Below, in pieces: positions 9,747 through 18,408 of a stretch of 64,000 bases of DNA; the first letter of the stretch is position 1; each line of letters starts with the position of its first letter. The DNA is from an uncultured Gemmatimonas sp. (GTDB lineage: Bacteria; Gemmatimonadota; Gemmatimonadetes; Gemmatimonadales; Gemmatimonadaceae). The translations under genes were made by a program, and so were the position numbers. The stretch is taken from assembly GCA_964466515.1 (NCBI GenBank), contig CAYXQS010000001.1, positions 15,192 to 79,191 on the forward strand, written 5' to 3'. Under the pieces are notes generated by a model. The model was not told where the DNA came from and made no database searches. It was given only the letters and a program-made list of their open reading frames with translations.

Positions 9747-10028
9747 TCATCACTATGACCACGCCGCGTCCAGTGCGCGCCCCCGGCTCGCTTGCGAGCA
9801 TCCATAAGACCCGAGTGTCCGACCTGCGCGACACGGCGGGTCACCCTCGGGGTTCACGGCATCCGGCCATCCGACCGCACAGCGGTTAAGCCGAGCCCGG
9901 TCCGCAGCACCGGCGATGATTCATCGCCAACCGACCGCCCCACCTGCGAACATCGCACGTGGGGCGCTTTTCATTCATCCAACGGATCTGCGACGGTCGC
10001 CCCGCGACCGCCGCAATCGGGAGCCCCA

Positions 10029-10289
10029 ATGATCAAGACACGCGGAACATCCGGACACACCAAGGCCCAGTTGACGTTTCTCCGCGAGGAGCTCGAGCGC
10101 GAGCGGACGCGTGTGGAGCGTGCGCTCGACATCGGCGACACGTCCTCCGAGCACTACGAGATCCTGCAGGCGCTCCGTCGGCTCGACGAGGGCGGCTATG
10201 GCACGTGCGCCGTATGCGAGCAGCCGATTCCCTTTGCGCGGCTGAGCGTGATGCCGGCGGCGGAGCGGTGCGTGGGGTGCGGGCGGTAG
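10029..10289 (+). CDS. Short TraR/DksA C4-type zinc-finger protein
   Basis: ALRRLDEGGYGTCAVC..PIPFARL..MP...RCVGC. Confidence 0.85.
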   Translation: MIKTRGTSGHTKAQLTFLREELERERTRVERALDIGDTSSEHYEILQALRRLDEGGYGTCAVCEQPIPFARLSVMPAAERCVGCGR

Positions 10290-10384
10290 GGCATCGCGCG
10301 GTCAGCCTCGTGCGGGCAGGCTGGTGCGCCATCGGCCACCGGACCAGATTAGGGAGTCGTTTCTTCCGTACGCCCGAGGGTCGT

Positions 10385-12598
10385 ATGCCGTCTCCCCGAG
10401 CGACTCCAGTCATTTTCCCGCGGATTGCCGCCGCTGTCGCGCTGACGATACTCGGCGGCGTGACCTGCACCGAAGGAAGCAACTGGGCACCGTTGCCGGA
10501 CCCGCCACCGCCGCCAGGATTCGCCCCGACGGAGGTGGTGTCCGGCGTCGTGCCTGCGGGCGGGTCACTCACCTATACGTTCGCGCTCCCGCCGATCTTT
10601 CCCGTCCGCTTCTTCCTGCAGGGGACCAGCGGGAATGCCAATGACTCGCTGGTGGCGATCGTGCGGACGGAGATCGGGACGTTCGAACTCGGCCGTGTCG
10701 TGACGGACGGTGCCGCCCCGACCCCGCACACCAACGGCGTCGCCATCAGTGCCGCGCCCATCGCGATGCGTGTCCTCATTGAGGTGCGCGGCGTACGGCC
10801 CACCGACGCGGGTTCGTTCACACTCTCCGCGCTGGAAGCTTCCGGCGGTCCCGAGTTGAACGACACGTTGCTCCCGCTTGGCGTGCTCATCAGCGAGACC
10901 CTCGAGAGCTCGGCAGACCACGACTTCTTCCGGGTACAGGTCGACAGCGGCCAGCGGGTCCTCGTGTTTATCGGGAAGTACGGCTGGACCGCGCCGACTG
11001 TCCTGCGCGCGACGATCACGAGCCAATACGGACCGGGGCAGGGTTCGGTGAGTGAGTTTCGCGGCAACCACGAGGTGTTCGAGCGGTCACTGCTCTTCGA
11101 GCCCGATTCGGCGAGCTGGTTCGGGATCTCGATGGATGTGCCTCCCGTGGGGCCGCACACGCCGTGGGTGAGCGCCGGGTTTCAACTGCTTGCCCTTGCC
11201 GTCTCGCGCGCGCCCGAGAACGCCCCGCCGCAACTCGTGCGCGGGGACACGACCCTCGATGGGTTCGATGAGATCGGTGACATCGATGAATTTGAGCTCG
11301 AGACGGGGCCCAGTGAGGACTTCCAGGTCGCGTTTGCACTCGAGCACGATGTGCAGGTCCCCATTCATTTCCGATTGATGAAGGGCGGGGCGATTCTCGA
11401 TTCATTCTCGCTGACGACGGCGTCCGCGGACCTGCTCGAGCACCGGACACCGATCATCCGGTCCGATCAGGCGGGCCTGTACCGGATCCACGTCTCGGGT
11501 CCGACCCAAGCGGTTCGCGCCGGCAATCTCACCCCCTATCGGCTGGTGGTGGTCGCGCACGACCGCGCCCCGGAGAACGCGTCGGTGACAGTGGAGCTGG
11601 GCGTCCCGGTGGCAGGCGAGTCGATCGACGGCACGGACGATATCGACGAGTTTGAGATTGAACTGGAGGCGGGGCAGAGGTTCGCGACTCAGCTCACGGG
11701 GAATGTGACGCTCAATCTCGTCGGTCCCGCGGGCGTGAACTACGGGTCGATTGTTTCCGAGGGGCTGCTCCCGTTCGGTTATCGCGGATCGGTCTCCGCG
11801 TTGACCGCCCCCGGCTCGGCGCGCTACACGCTCCGTGTGCGGGGCCGCACCCCGGGCGTGCATCCCTACACGTTCACGATCTCGCTCGTGGACACGCTGC
11901 CGGAGACCGTCGCGGCGGAGCTTCCCCTCAACACTTGGGTCACCGGCGAGAGCCTCGACTATCCGGGCGATGTCGATCGGTTCCGGTTCACGATGCCATC
12001 GCCCGGTGGGATTCTGAACGTGATCGTCGAGAACGAGACGATCGCTGGTGGGGTCGTCGGGCATCAGCAGGGCATTGGTTCGTTCGATCTCTCGAACTGG
12101 ACCGGCATCGAGGGCTCGTCCGGGCTATACCGTATTGCCTCCGGGGAGGCGGTCTGGCTCCAGCTCGGGGGGACCACGTGGAATGCCGACACGAGCGGTC
12201 CCGGCACATATCGCATAATGGCCGCGGTCATCGATACGGCACCCGAGATCGTGTCCGCCATCCTCGCAGTCGGCGACACCGTCACGGACGAGGTCATCCA
12301 GCCCGTCGGTGATTGGGATGACTATGCACTCATCGGCACGCCTGGGCAGGCGGTGGTGATTCACTTCCCGATGCCGCCGCGTCCGCCGGAGTGTCCCAGT
12401 ACGGCGCCGTTCCGGATTGAGACCTACGATGGTGAGACACGCCTTACGGAAGGATTCTCCGGGATACCGTCCGCCGGGATCACGAACGTCTCAATCCCCA
12501 CCTCGGGCACGCTACGAATTGTTATCCGCAGTACGCTGCCGTACCGCGCACTCTGCTACACGGGTCCGTACACCTTCTCCGTGAACGCCGCCCCGTGA
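10385..12598 (+). CDS. Secreted protein or lipoprotein with about 6 tandem PPC-like beta-sandwich repeats
   Basis: Signal ending GVTC and a Pro linker; repeats such as ETLESSADHDFF, ESIDGTDDIDEF, ESLDYPGDVDRF and EVIQPVGDWDDY, each preceded by a [AGL]PE linker. Confidence 0.75.
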   Translation: MPSPRATPVIFPRIAAAVALTILGGVTCTEGSNWAPLPDPPPPPGFAPTEVVSGVVPAGGSLTYTFALPPIFPVRFFLQGTSGNANDSLVAIVRTEIGTFELGRVVTDGAAPTPHTNGVAISAAPIAMRVLIEVRGVRPTDAGSFTLSALEASGGPELNDTLLPLGVLISETLESSADHDFFRVQVDSGQRVLVFIGKYGWTAPTVLRATITSQYGPGQGSVSEFRGNHEVFERSLLFEPDSASWFGISMDVPPVGPHTPWVSAGFQLLALAVSRAPENAPPQLVRGDTTLDGFDEIGDIDEFELETGPSEDFQVAFALEHDVQVPIHFRLMKGGAILDSFSLTTASADLLEHRTPIIRSDQAGLYRIHVSGPTQAVRAGNLTPYRLVVVAHDRAPENASVTVELGVPVAGESIDGTDDIDEFEIELEAGQRFATQLTGNVTLNLVGPAGVNYGSIVSEGLLPFGYRGSVSALTAPGSARYTLRVRGRTPGVHPYTFTISLVDTLPETVAAELPLNTWVTGESLDYPGDVDRFRFTMPSPGGILNVIVENETIAGGVVGHQQGIGSFDLSNWTGIEGSSGLYRIASGEAVWLQLGGTTWNADTSGPGTYRIMAAVIDTAPEIVSAILAVGDTVTDEVIQPVGDWDDYALIGTPGQAVVIHFPMPPRPPECPSTAPFRIETYDGETRLTEGFSGIPSAGITNVSIPTSGTLRIVIRSTLPYRALCYTGPYTFSVNAAP

Positions 12599-14151
12599 CG
12601 CGCCTTCCCGCCGCCGCACTCCTCGCCCTCGCGTTCGCGGCGCCGATGCGCGCGCAGGCGCCGCGCGAGCGTCCCCAATGGCCGCCGTTCGCGCCGCCTG
12701 CGGACTTCGTGCCGGACCCGCGTGATGCCGGCTTTGCCGAATGGCTCGCCGCCGGTGCGGGCGGACGCGTCGTCGCGCCCATCCTCCTCTCGGAGGGACG
12801 CTACCGCGTGCTGATCCAGTCCGCCGTCGCGCGGCATCAGCCGGCGGCCGGGCCCGAGGCACTGCGAAGGGCACTCGCCGTCTGCGCGCTCGACTTCCGC
12901 ATTCCGCGCGAGGCACAGGATCAGCTCATCGCCGAGCGGGCCTGGCAGGCGTTCGACGCCGTGATGGACGGCGTGCCCGCCGTCGCCATCACCATCGTCC
13001 CCGCCGAGCCGCGCCCCACGCGGTGCTTCAACGACGACTCCGTCCGCAAGGTACTCGTCGGCTACGGCATCGCCACGGGCAGCGACGCACTTGGCCACGC
13101 GCGCAACGACGCGCTTGGCATCGGCGTCTTCGTCGGCGACCGCGAGGTAGCTCCGGTCCTCGTTGCGCGCCGACTCGTGACGAAGCTCGCGCCCAGCGGA
13201 TTCATTGGGCCGGACGGGCTGCACAACCTGCGAGTGTACCTCCCCTTCGATGCCTTCGCGCCGAGCGGCGCGGCCCCGCCGAGGATGCGGTTCGAGGTCT
13301 GGAACGCGGAGGACGACGGCCCGACCGTCATCGAAATCCCGCCGGAGATCGTGCGCGAACTGCAGCGCGAGCTGATGCAGTGGCGCATCCGGCGGCTCGC
13401 AATGTCCGCGCCGGTGCCGCAGGGGCTTCCCATCTCGCTGCCGGCACCACGCGACAATCTCCTCCAGCAGTCGCGGCAGAGCTTCCTTGCGGGCGCGTAC
13501 GTGGATGCCACGGCGAGTGCCCTTAACCGCCTCGATTCGCGATTCGTCGTGCTCGACGACCGGACGTCCGCCTTGATGCAGGTGGGGCTCACGTTCGCCG
13601 GACTCGGCGATGAGGCCGCGGCGCGGGTCGTCCTCCGCGAGGCGCTCGAGCGTGAGCCGTGCCTGTCGCTGCCGATCTCCGCCCCCACGGAGTTCCTCGC
13701 GCTCATCAAGGACCTGCGCCCCATCGCGCGCTGCGAGGCCGCATCGCTCGGCCAGATCCTCCGGCTCGGACTGATCCCGGGGCGCGCGCAGCGGCGCCTT
13801 CGTCCCGAGAACGCCTCCGCGGGATTCCTCCCAGCCGCACTCACCGGGGCGGCCGCGGTGTCGTCGATCGTCCTGCATCTCCGCGTGGACAAGTTGGTGC
13901 GCGAGTACGAGACCGACCGCCGCAACCCGCACGTGGCGTTCAACAAGGCGGCCGAAGCGCACGCCACGGCCAACACGGTGGGGGCCGTCGCCTACGGGAT
14001 CTGGGCCGTTTCGGTCGTCGAGGTGATCATCAACGAGCGCCGCCGTGGACGCAATGCGCGCCGGATGACAAACTACGGCGCCGATGCGCCGGCCGTGTCC
14101 ATCGGCCCCGCACCTCGCGGCGTCGGTCTCTCCATCAACGTCAGCTTCTGA
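12595..14151 (+). CDS. Secreted TPR-containing protein with DUF5683-like hydrophobic C-terminus (probable outer-membrane protein)
   Basis: Signal peptide (AQA); TPR-like AARVVLREALEREP; GLIPGRAQ followed by two hydrophobic segments; ends in the beta-strand GVGLSINVSF. Confidence 0.65.
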   Translation: MTRLPAAALLALAFAAPMRAQAPRERPQWPPFAPPADFVPDPRDAGFAEWLAAGAGGRVVAPILLSEGRYRVLIQSAVARHQPAAGPEALRRALAVCALDFRIPREAQDQLIAERAWQAFDAVMDGVPAVAITIVPAEPRPTRCFNDDSVRKVLVGYGIATGSDALGHARNDALGIGVFVGDREVAPVLVARRLVTKLAPSGFIGPDGLHNLRVYLPFDAFAPSGAAPPRMRFEVWNAEDDGPTVIEIPPEIVRELQRELMQWRIRRLAMSAPVPQGLPISLPAPRDNLLQQSRQSFLAGAYVDATASALNRLDSRFVVLDDRTSALMQVGLTFAGLGDEAAARVVLREALEREPCLSLPISAPTEFLALIKDLRPIARCEAASLGQILRLGLIPGRAQRRLRPENASAGFLPAALTGAAAVSSIVLHLRVDKLVREYETDRRNPHVAFNKAAEAHATANTVGAVAYGIWAVSVVEVIINERRRGRNARRMTNYGADAPAVSIGPAPRGVGLSINVSF

Positions 14152-14837
14152 TGCGGACCGCGGCGCGACTCTCGCTCGTCGGCGGCGTTGCCGCACTCGT
14201 TGCAGTGGCGTGCGTCGAGCTGCCGCTCGGGCACACGAACTACTTCGACCCCGAGGCCGACTCGCGGATCACCTTGCACAACGTGCCCGATACCGTGAAC
14301 AGCATCAACGAGACGTTCACCGCGACGATCACCAGCAAGCCGCGCCTGCCGTCCGGGATTACCGATGCGTACTACTACGTCGTCGAGGAGCAGGCCGCAC
14401 TCCAGGCGATTAGCGGTGGCGTGTTTCGGGTGCTGTCGACGGTGGGTCTTCTCCCGACCATCGCGACGGTACGTGCCGTGGTCACCATCAACGGCCAGGG
14501 GCCGATGGCGACGAAGACGGTGGTGGTGCGCCAGTGGCCGGCGTCCGCGAGTCTCACCTGCCTCTCAACCGAAGGATGCGCCACCGTCGCCGGGCTCGGC
14601 GTCGAGCGCTCGCTGGCGTTCCAACTGCGCGACTCGCTCAACTTCGCCGTGAATCTCCCGTCCGGCGACTACCGCTTCGGCACCGTGGTCTCGCGCAGCC
14701 CGGCCGTGGTGAGCGTGCAGTCACGTCCGTCGGCGGCCACGATTCTCGTGCGCACCGAGAGTGTCGGGACGGCGTGGATTGTGCTCGCGGGCTTTGGCCC
14801 CGTCGCCGACTCGCTGCAGGTTCAGGTCGTTCCCTAG
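14151..14837 (+). CDS. Lipoprotein with Ig-like beta domains
   Basis: Lipobox VAVAC; NYFDP; beta-rich; ATG overlaps the upstream TGA. Confidence 0.7.
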   Translation: MRTAARLSLVGGVAALVAVACVELPLGHTNYFDPEADSRITLHNVPDTVNSINETFTATITSKPRLPSGITDAYYYVVEEQAALQAISGGVFRVLSTVGLLPTIATVRAVVTINGQGPMATKTVVVRQWPASASLTCLSTEGCATVAGLGVERSLAFQLRDSLNFAVNLPSGDYRFGTVVSRSPAVVSVQSRPSAATILVRTESVGTAWIVLAGFGPVADSLQVQVVP

Positions 14838-15187
14838 CGCCCGCCGGCCGCCCTCCACAACTCGTCCAGCCGACGGTCAAGCGTCCACAGCGCACTCCCG
14901 CTGATCAATGCGGCCGCCAGCAGGTGCGCGTCAATCCAGCCGATCCCGCGCCCGGCAAGCGCGCGCCGCTCCACCAACGCGAGCACCTCGGCGTGCTGCG
15001 CCACCTCCACCTGCGGGAGCAGCGCGAGATCCGCGAGAATCCCCCGTCGGTCGCGCAGCGTGCCGCACGCGAGTTCACCGACGACGAAAGGGTGCGCGGC
15101 GACAATCCCCGCGTCGAGCGCCGCCGCGAGACGCGGCACGCCGACGCGGAGATGTTCGATCCAGACCGACGTGTCCGCGAGGAGCAC
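14834..15187 (-). CDS. vapC: Type II TA toxin, PIN-domain VapC
   Basis: LADTSVWI, VVGELACG, IGWIDAHLLA, LWTLDRRL. Confidence 0.9.
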   Translation of the reverse strand: MLLADTSVWIEHLRVGVPRLAAALDAGIVAAHPFVVGELACGTLRDRRGILADLALLPQVEVAQHAEVLALVERRALAGRGIGWIDAHLLAAALISGSALWTLDRRLDELWRAAGGR

Positions 15188-15196
15188 CGACCCTCG

Positions 15197-15412
15197 CTAG
15201 CGCGCGTCGTCCGCACCGCCTTCCGGCGTGCGGGCGCGCGGCGCCGCCTCGGCCGCCGGATCGGAGCCGCCCAACCGGGCGAGTCGACGCGCACTCGCAC
15301 GCGAGATGAGCGCCTCGAGTCCGGCGTGCACGACGGCCGTCTTTTCGGTGATCCCCGTGAGCTTCATCGCACGCTTCAGCAAGTCGTCGTCCAGGATGAG
15401 TGTGGTTCGCAT
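15197..15412 (-). CDS. vapB: Type II TA antitoxin VapB (RHH)
   Basis: MRTTLILDDDLL...TGITEKTAVV..GLEALI...LARLGG; directly upstream of vapC. Confidence 0.88.
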   Translation of the reverse strand: MRTTLILDDDLLKRAMKLTGITEKTAVVHAGLEALISRASARRLARLGGSDPAAEAAPRARTPEGGADDAR

Positions 15413-15438
15413 ACATACCAATATGCATATATGTATGC
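15409..15438. promoter_or_regulatory. Putative VapBC operator
   Basis: Inverted repeat GCATACAT (15409-15416) / ATGTATGC (15431-15438) enclosing the palindrome ATATGCATAT (15421-15430), overlapping the vapB start. Confidence 0.65.
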
Positions 15439-15498
15439 CTGATTTCAAGGCCGAATCTAGAGCTAGGTGCGGAATGAGTCGGCATCGTTCCACTCCCG

Positions 15499-15548
15499 AG
15501 AGGTGCCGAAAACCTAATCCTTGACTTTGTTCGCATTCTATCTAAAGT
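15499..15548 (+). promoter_or_regulatory. Putative DtxR/MntR box plus sigma70 promoter of the metal-uptake operon
   Basis: 19-mer AGAGGTGCCGAAAACCTAA (15499-15517) has the symmetric AGGT..ACCT core and AACCTAA half-site of DtxR boxes; followed by TTGACT-N16-TAAAGT, then GTG 6 nt later. Confidence 0.55.
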
Positions 15549-15554
15549 TAGTGT

Positions 15555-16802
15555 GTGCGAAAAATCCCTCTGCTCGCCTCGACCCTCCTTGCCGTCGCCT
15601 GTGACGCCGCCCTTCCGGGCGCGCCACGGGCCGCTGACGAACTCGCTGGGTTGATCCCCGATCTGAACGGCGCGCAGGTTGCAATGCATCTCGTCGGCGA
15701 CGCCGAGTTCGCGCGGGTGTTCTCGGCGGCCGATGGGCTGGGGCCCGTCTTCGTCGCCACCTCGTGCGAGGCCTGCCACGTCGGCGACGGCAAGGGGCAT
15801 CCGCTCTTCAACATCACGCGTTTTGGCCGCGACACGGTAGGCGGCTTTGACCAGATGCGCGCCTTTGGCGGCCCGCAGCTCCAGGACCGCGCGGTGCTCG
15901 GCTACATCGCCGAGGTGTTGCCGAATGCGGCGACGGGCGTTGCGCGGTTCACCGCGCCGGCGGTCACCGGGCTCGGATACCTCGAGGCCGTGGACGACAC
16001 CACGCTGCTGAACCTCGAGGATCCCACCGACAACGATGCCGACGGAATCTCGGGACGCGTGCAGTTGGTGGACGCCACCGACCTGCTCGCACGCGTCGTC
16101 TCGCTCGAGGCGATCGCGACCGAGGGCCCGCCGACGCGCGGCACGCTCGTCGGGGGGAAGTACATCGGCCGCTTCGGCAAGAAGGCGCTTGCCGTGAATC
16201 TCCTGCAGCAGGTGGTGACCGCGTACCACGAGGATATGGGGATCACCTCGGACTTCATCCCGGACGAGATCTTCAACCCGCAGGTGGGCGCGTTCACCGG
16301 CGACGCCGTGCCCGAACCGGAAGTGGCGGCGAGCGTGGTGAACGCGGTCACCTTCTACATCAAGACGTTGAAGGTTCCGCCGCGGCGCAACACGTCGGAC
16401 CCGGATGTCATTGCGGGGCAGGTGCTCTTCGACAACGGGCCCTGCGCGAGCTGCCATCTCCCCGAGCTGACCACGGGCGCGTCGTCGCTCCCGGCGCTCC
16501 ACCGCGTGACCTTCCGCCCGTATACGGATCTCCTGTTGCACGATATGGGCCCGGAGCTCGATGACGGTTACACCGAGGGGCGCGCGACGTCGGCGGAGTG
16601 GCGCACGGCACCGCTCTGGGGCATCGGGCTCGCCGCGCGTTCGCAGGGCGGGTCGATGCACCTCCTGCACGACGGGCGCGCGAAGTCCATCCCGGAGGCC
16701 GTGCAGTTCCACGGCGGCGAAGGGGCCGCGAGCCGCACCTGGTTCAACGCGCTCAGCGACGTGCAGCGACGTCGGTTGATTGCCTACCTGATGTCACTCT
16801 GA
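15555..16802 (+). CDS. Di-heme oxidoreductase (DHOR/DUF1111-like) lipoprotein
   Basis: Lipobox LAVAC; two CxxCH sites (CEACH, CASCH); DGLGPVF, GLGYLEAV, IGRFGKKA, YTDLLLHDMG, EWRTAPLWG, LLHDGRA. Confidence 0.88.
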   Translation: MRKIPLLASTLLAVACDAALPGAPRAADELAGLIPDLNGAQVAMHLVGDAEFARVFSAADGLGPVFVATSCEACHVGDGKGHPLFNITRFGRDTVGGFDQMRAFGGPQLQDRAVLGYIAEVLPNAATGVARFTAPAVTGLGYLEAVDDTTLLNLEDPTDNDADGISGRVQLVDATDLLARVVSLEAIATEGPPTRGTLVGGKYIGRFGKKALAVNLLQQVVTAYHEDMGITSDFIPDEIFNPQVGAFTGDAVPEPEVAASVVNAVTFYIKTLKVPPRRNTSDPDVIAGQVLFDNGPCASCHLPELTTGASSLPALHRVTFRPYTDLLLHDMGPELDDGYTEGRATSAEWRTAPLWGIGLAARSQGGSMHLLHDGRAKSIPEAVQFHGGEGAASRTWFNALSDVQRRRLIAYLMSL

Positions 16803-17215
16803 TGACCGCGCTTCCGCGCCGCCACTTCCTCGCGCTCTGCGCCGCGGTGCCCCTTGCGGGCGCCTGCGCGCGGATGCGCTATGTGAGCGGCCGCGTCGTC
16901 GACGGCCGCGTGCTCGTCGCCACGGCCGACCTCGGTGCCGATGACTTCGCGCTCGTTGACGTGCCGTCGCTCAACTTCCCGGTCTACGTCCATCGCCACG
17001 GCCCGGGCGAATACACGGCGGTGCTCACCCGCTGTATGCATCGCGGCTGTACCGTCGAGCCCACGGACGGGCGGCTCGTCTGCCCCTGCCACGGCAGCGA
17101 GTACACCGCGCGCGGCGAGATCCTCAAGGGCCCCACGCAGCGCGCGCTCATTGCGTACCGCGTGACGAGCGAGGGGGAGCATCTCGTGATCCACGACATC
17201 GTGGGGGCCCGGTGA
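16802..17215 (+). CDS. Small Rieske [2Fe-2S] protein with Tat-lipoprotein-like signal
   Basis: PRRHFL...LAGAC; CMHRGC and CPCHGSEY. Confidence 0.88.
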   Translation: MTALPRRHFLALCAAVPLAGACARMRYVSGRVVDGRVLVATADLGADDFALVDVPSLNFPVYVHRHGPGEYTAVLTRCMHRGCTVEPTDGRLVCPCHGSEYTARGEILKGPTQRALIAYRVTSEGEHLVIHDIVGAR

Positions 17216-18393
17216 GCGCGCGGCTGCTGCTGGCGCTGTGCGCGTGCGCCGCCACGGCGCACGCGCAGGCGGCCGATACCACGCGCCGTCCGGTGCAGGA
17301 CGGGATCTTCGACCGTCCGGTCGTGGTGTCGCTCGACCGGACCGCCATCGGCGGCTACGCCGAGGCCAATACCAACTACGCGCGCGAGGAAGGGATGGGC
17401 GAGGGCTTCACGATGGAGCTCCGCCGCTTCAACATCTTCCTCTTCTCGTCCATTGGTTCGCGGCTGCGCTTCATCTCGGAGCTCGAGTTCGAGCGCGGCA
17501 CCGAGGAGATCGCGCTCGAGACGGCGCTCATCGACTTCACCGTCACGCCGTCATTTGTTGTCCGGGCGGGGATCCTCCTGCCGCCGGTGGGCGCGTTCAA
17601 CGTCAATCACGACTCGCCGCGCTGGAACTTCGTCGACCGGCCGCTGGTGTCCACCGAGATCATCCCCGCGACGCTCTCCGAGGTGGGGTTCGGCGTACAC
17701 GGCCGCCTCGCGCCGCGCGGATTCGGCCTCACCTACGATCTCTACGCCACCAACGGACTCGGCGATGGCGTCATCCTGAACCCGTCGGGTCGCACGCGAC
17801 TGGGCGACGGGAAGCGCGAGGAGCAGTTCGGCGAGGACAACAATGGGTCGCCGGCAATCTCCGGCCGCGTGGCCGCGCAGCACGCCGTGCTCGGCGAGCT
17901 GGGGGCCTCGTTCTATACGGCGATCTACAACAGCTTTCGCGCCGAGGGCGAGGACGTGGACGACGCGCACCGCGTGCGGCTCTATGCGCTCGACGCGAGC
18001 ACGCAGCTCGGCCCCGTGGCGCTGCGTGGCGAGGCGGCGTACGCGGCCATCGACATTCCCGCCGACCTGCGCGAGCTCTTTGGGCACCGGCAGTTCGGGT
18101 GGCACCTCGACGCCTCGCTGCCGCTGCGCACGCCGCGGATGCGCGGGCTTCCCGATGCCGCGCTCAGCGCGGACGTGCGGCTCGAGTCGGTGGACTACAA
18201 CATCGGTCGGTTCTCAAGCACCGGCGGCAACATCGGTGACGATGCCACCGCCGTCGTGCTCGGCGTCGCGTTCCGGCCGGTGCACGGCACGGTCTTCAAG
18301 GCGAACTTCCGTCGCCAGTGGGCGCACGACCTGCTCGACAACGACGCCACGCGGCTGGGTGCGTTCCAGTTTGGGTTTGCCACTTACTTCTGA
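17212..18393 (+). CDS. Outer-membrane beta-barrel (porin-like)
   Basis: Signal AHAQA; amphipathic strands (RFISELEFE); C-terminal FQFGFATYF. Confidence 0.75.
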   Translation: MSARLLLALCACAATAHAQAADTTRRPVQDGIFDRPVVVSLDRTAIGGYAEANTNYAREEGMGEGFTMELRRFNIFLFSSIGSRLRFISELEFERGTEEIALETALIDFTVTPSFVVRAGILLPPVGAFNVNHDSPRWNFVDRPLVSTEIIPATLSEVGFGVHGRLAPRGFGLTYDLYATNGLGDGVILNPSGRTRLGDGKREEQFGEDNNGSPAISGRVAAQHAVLGELGASFYTAIYNSFRAEGEDVDDAHRVRLYALDASTQLGPVALRGEAAYAAIDIPADLRELFGHRQFGWHLDASLPLRTPRMRGLPDAALSADVRLESVDYNIGRFSSTGGNIGDDATAVVLGVAFRPVHGTVFKANFRRQWAHDLLDNDATRLGAFQFGFATYF

Positions 18394-18408
18394 GATGAGG
18401 GACGTGAG

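Noticed and set aside
9959-10384. N-terminal extensions in the ORF track (also 26809-27135, 59195-59644, 58541-59356, 13659-14150, 5905-6402)
   Set aside because: They overlap other real genes; signal peptides and coupled starts point to the downstream start codons.
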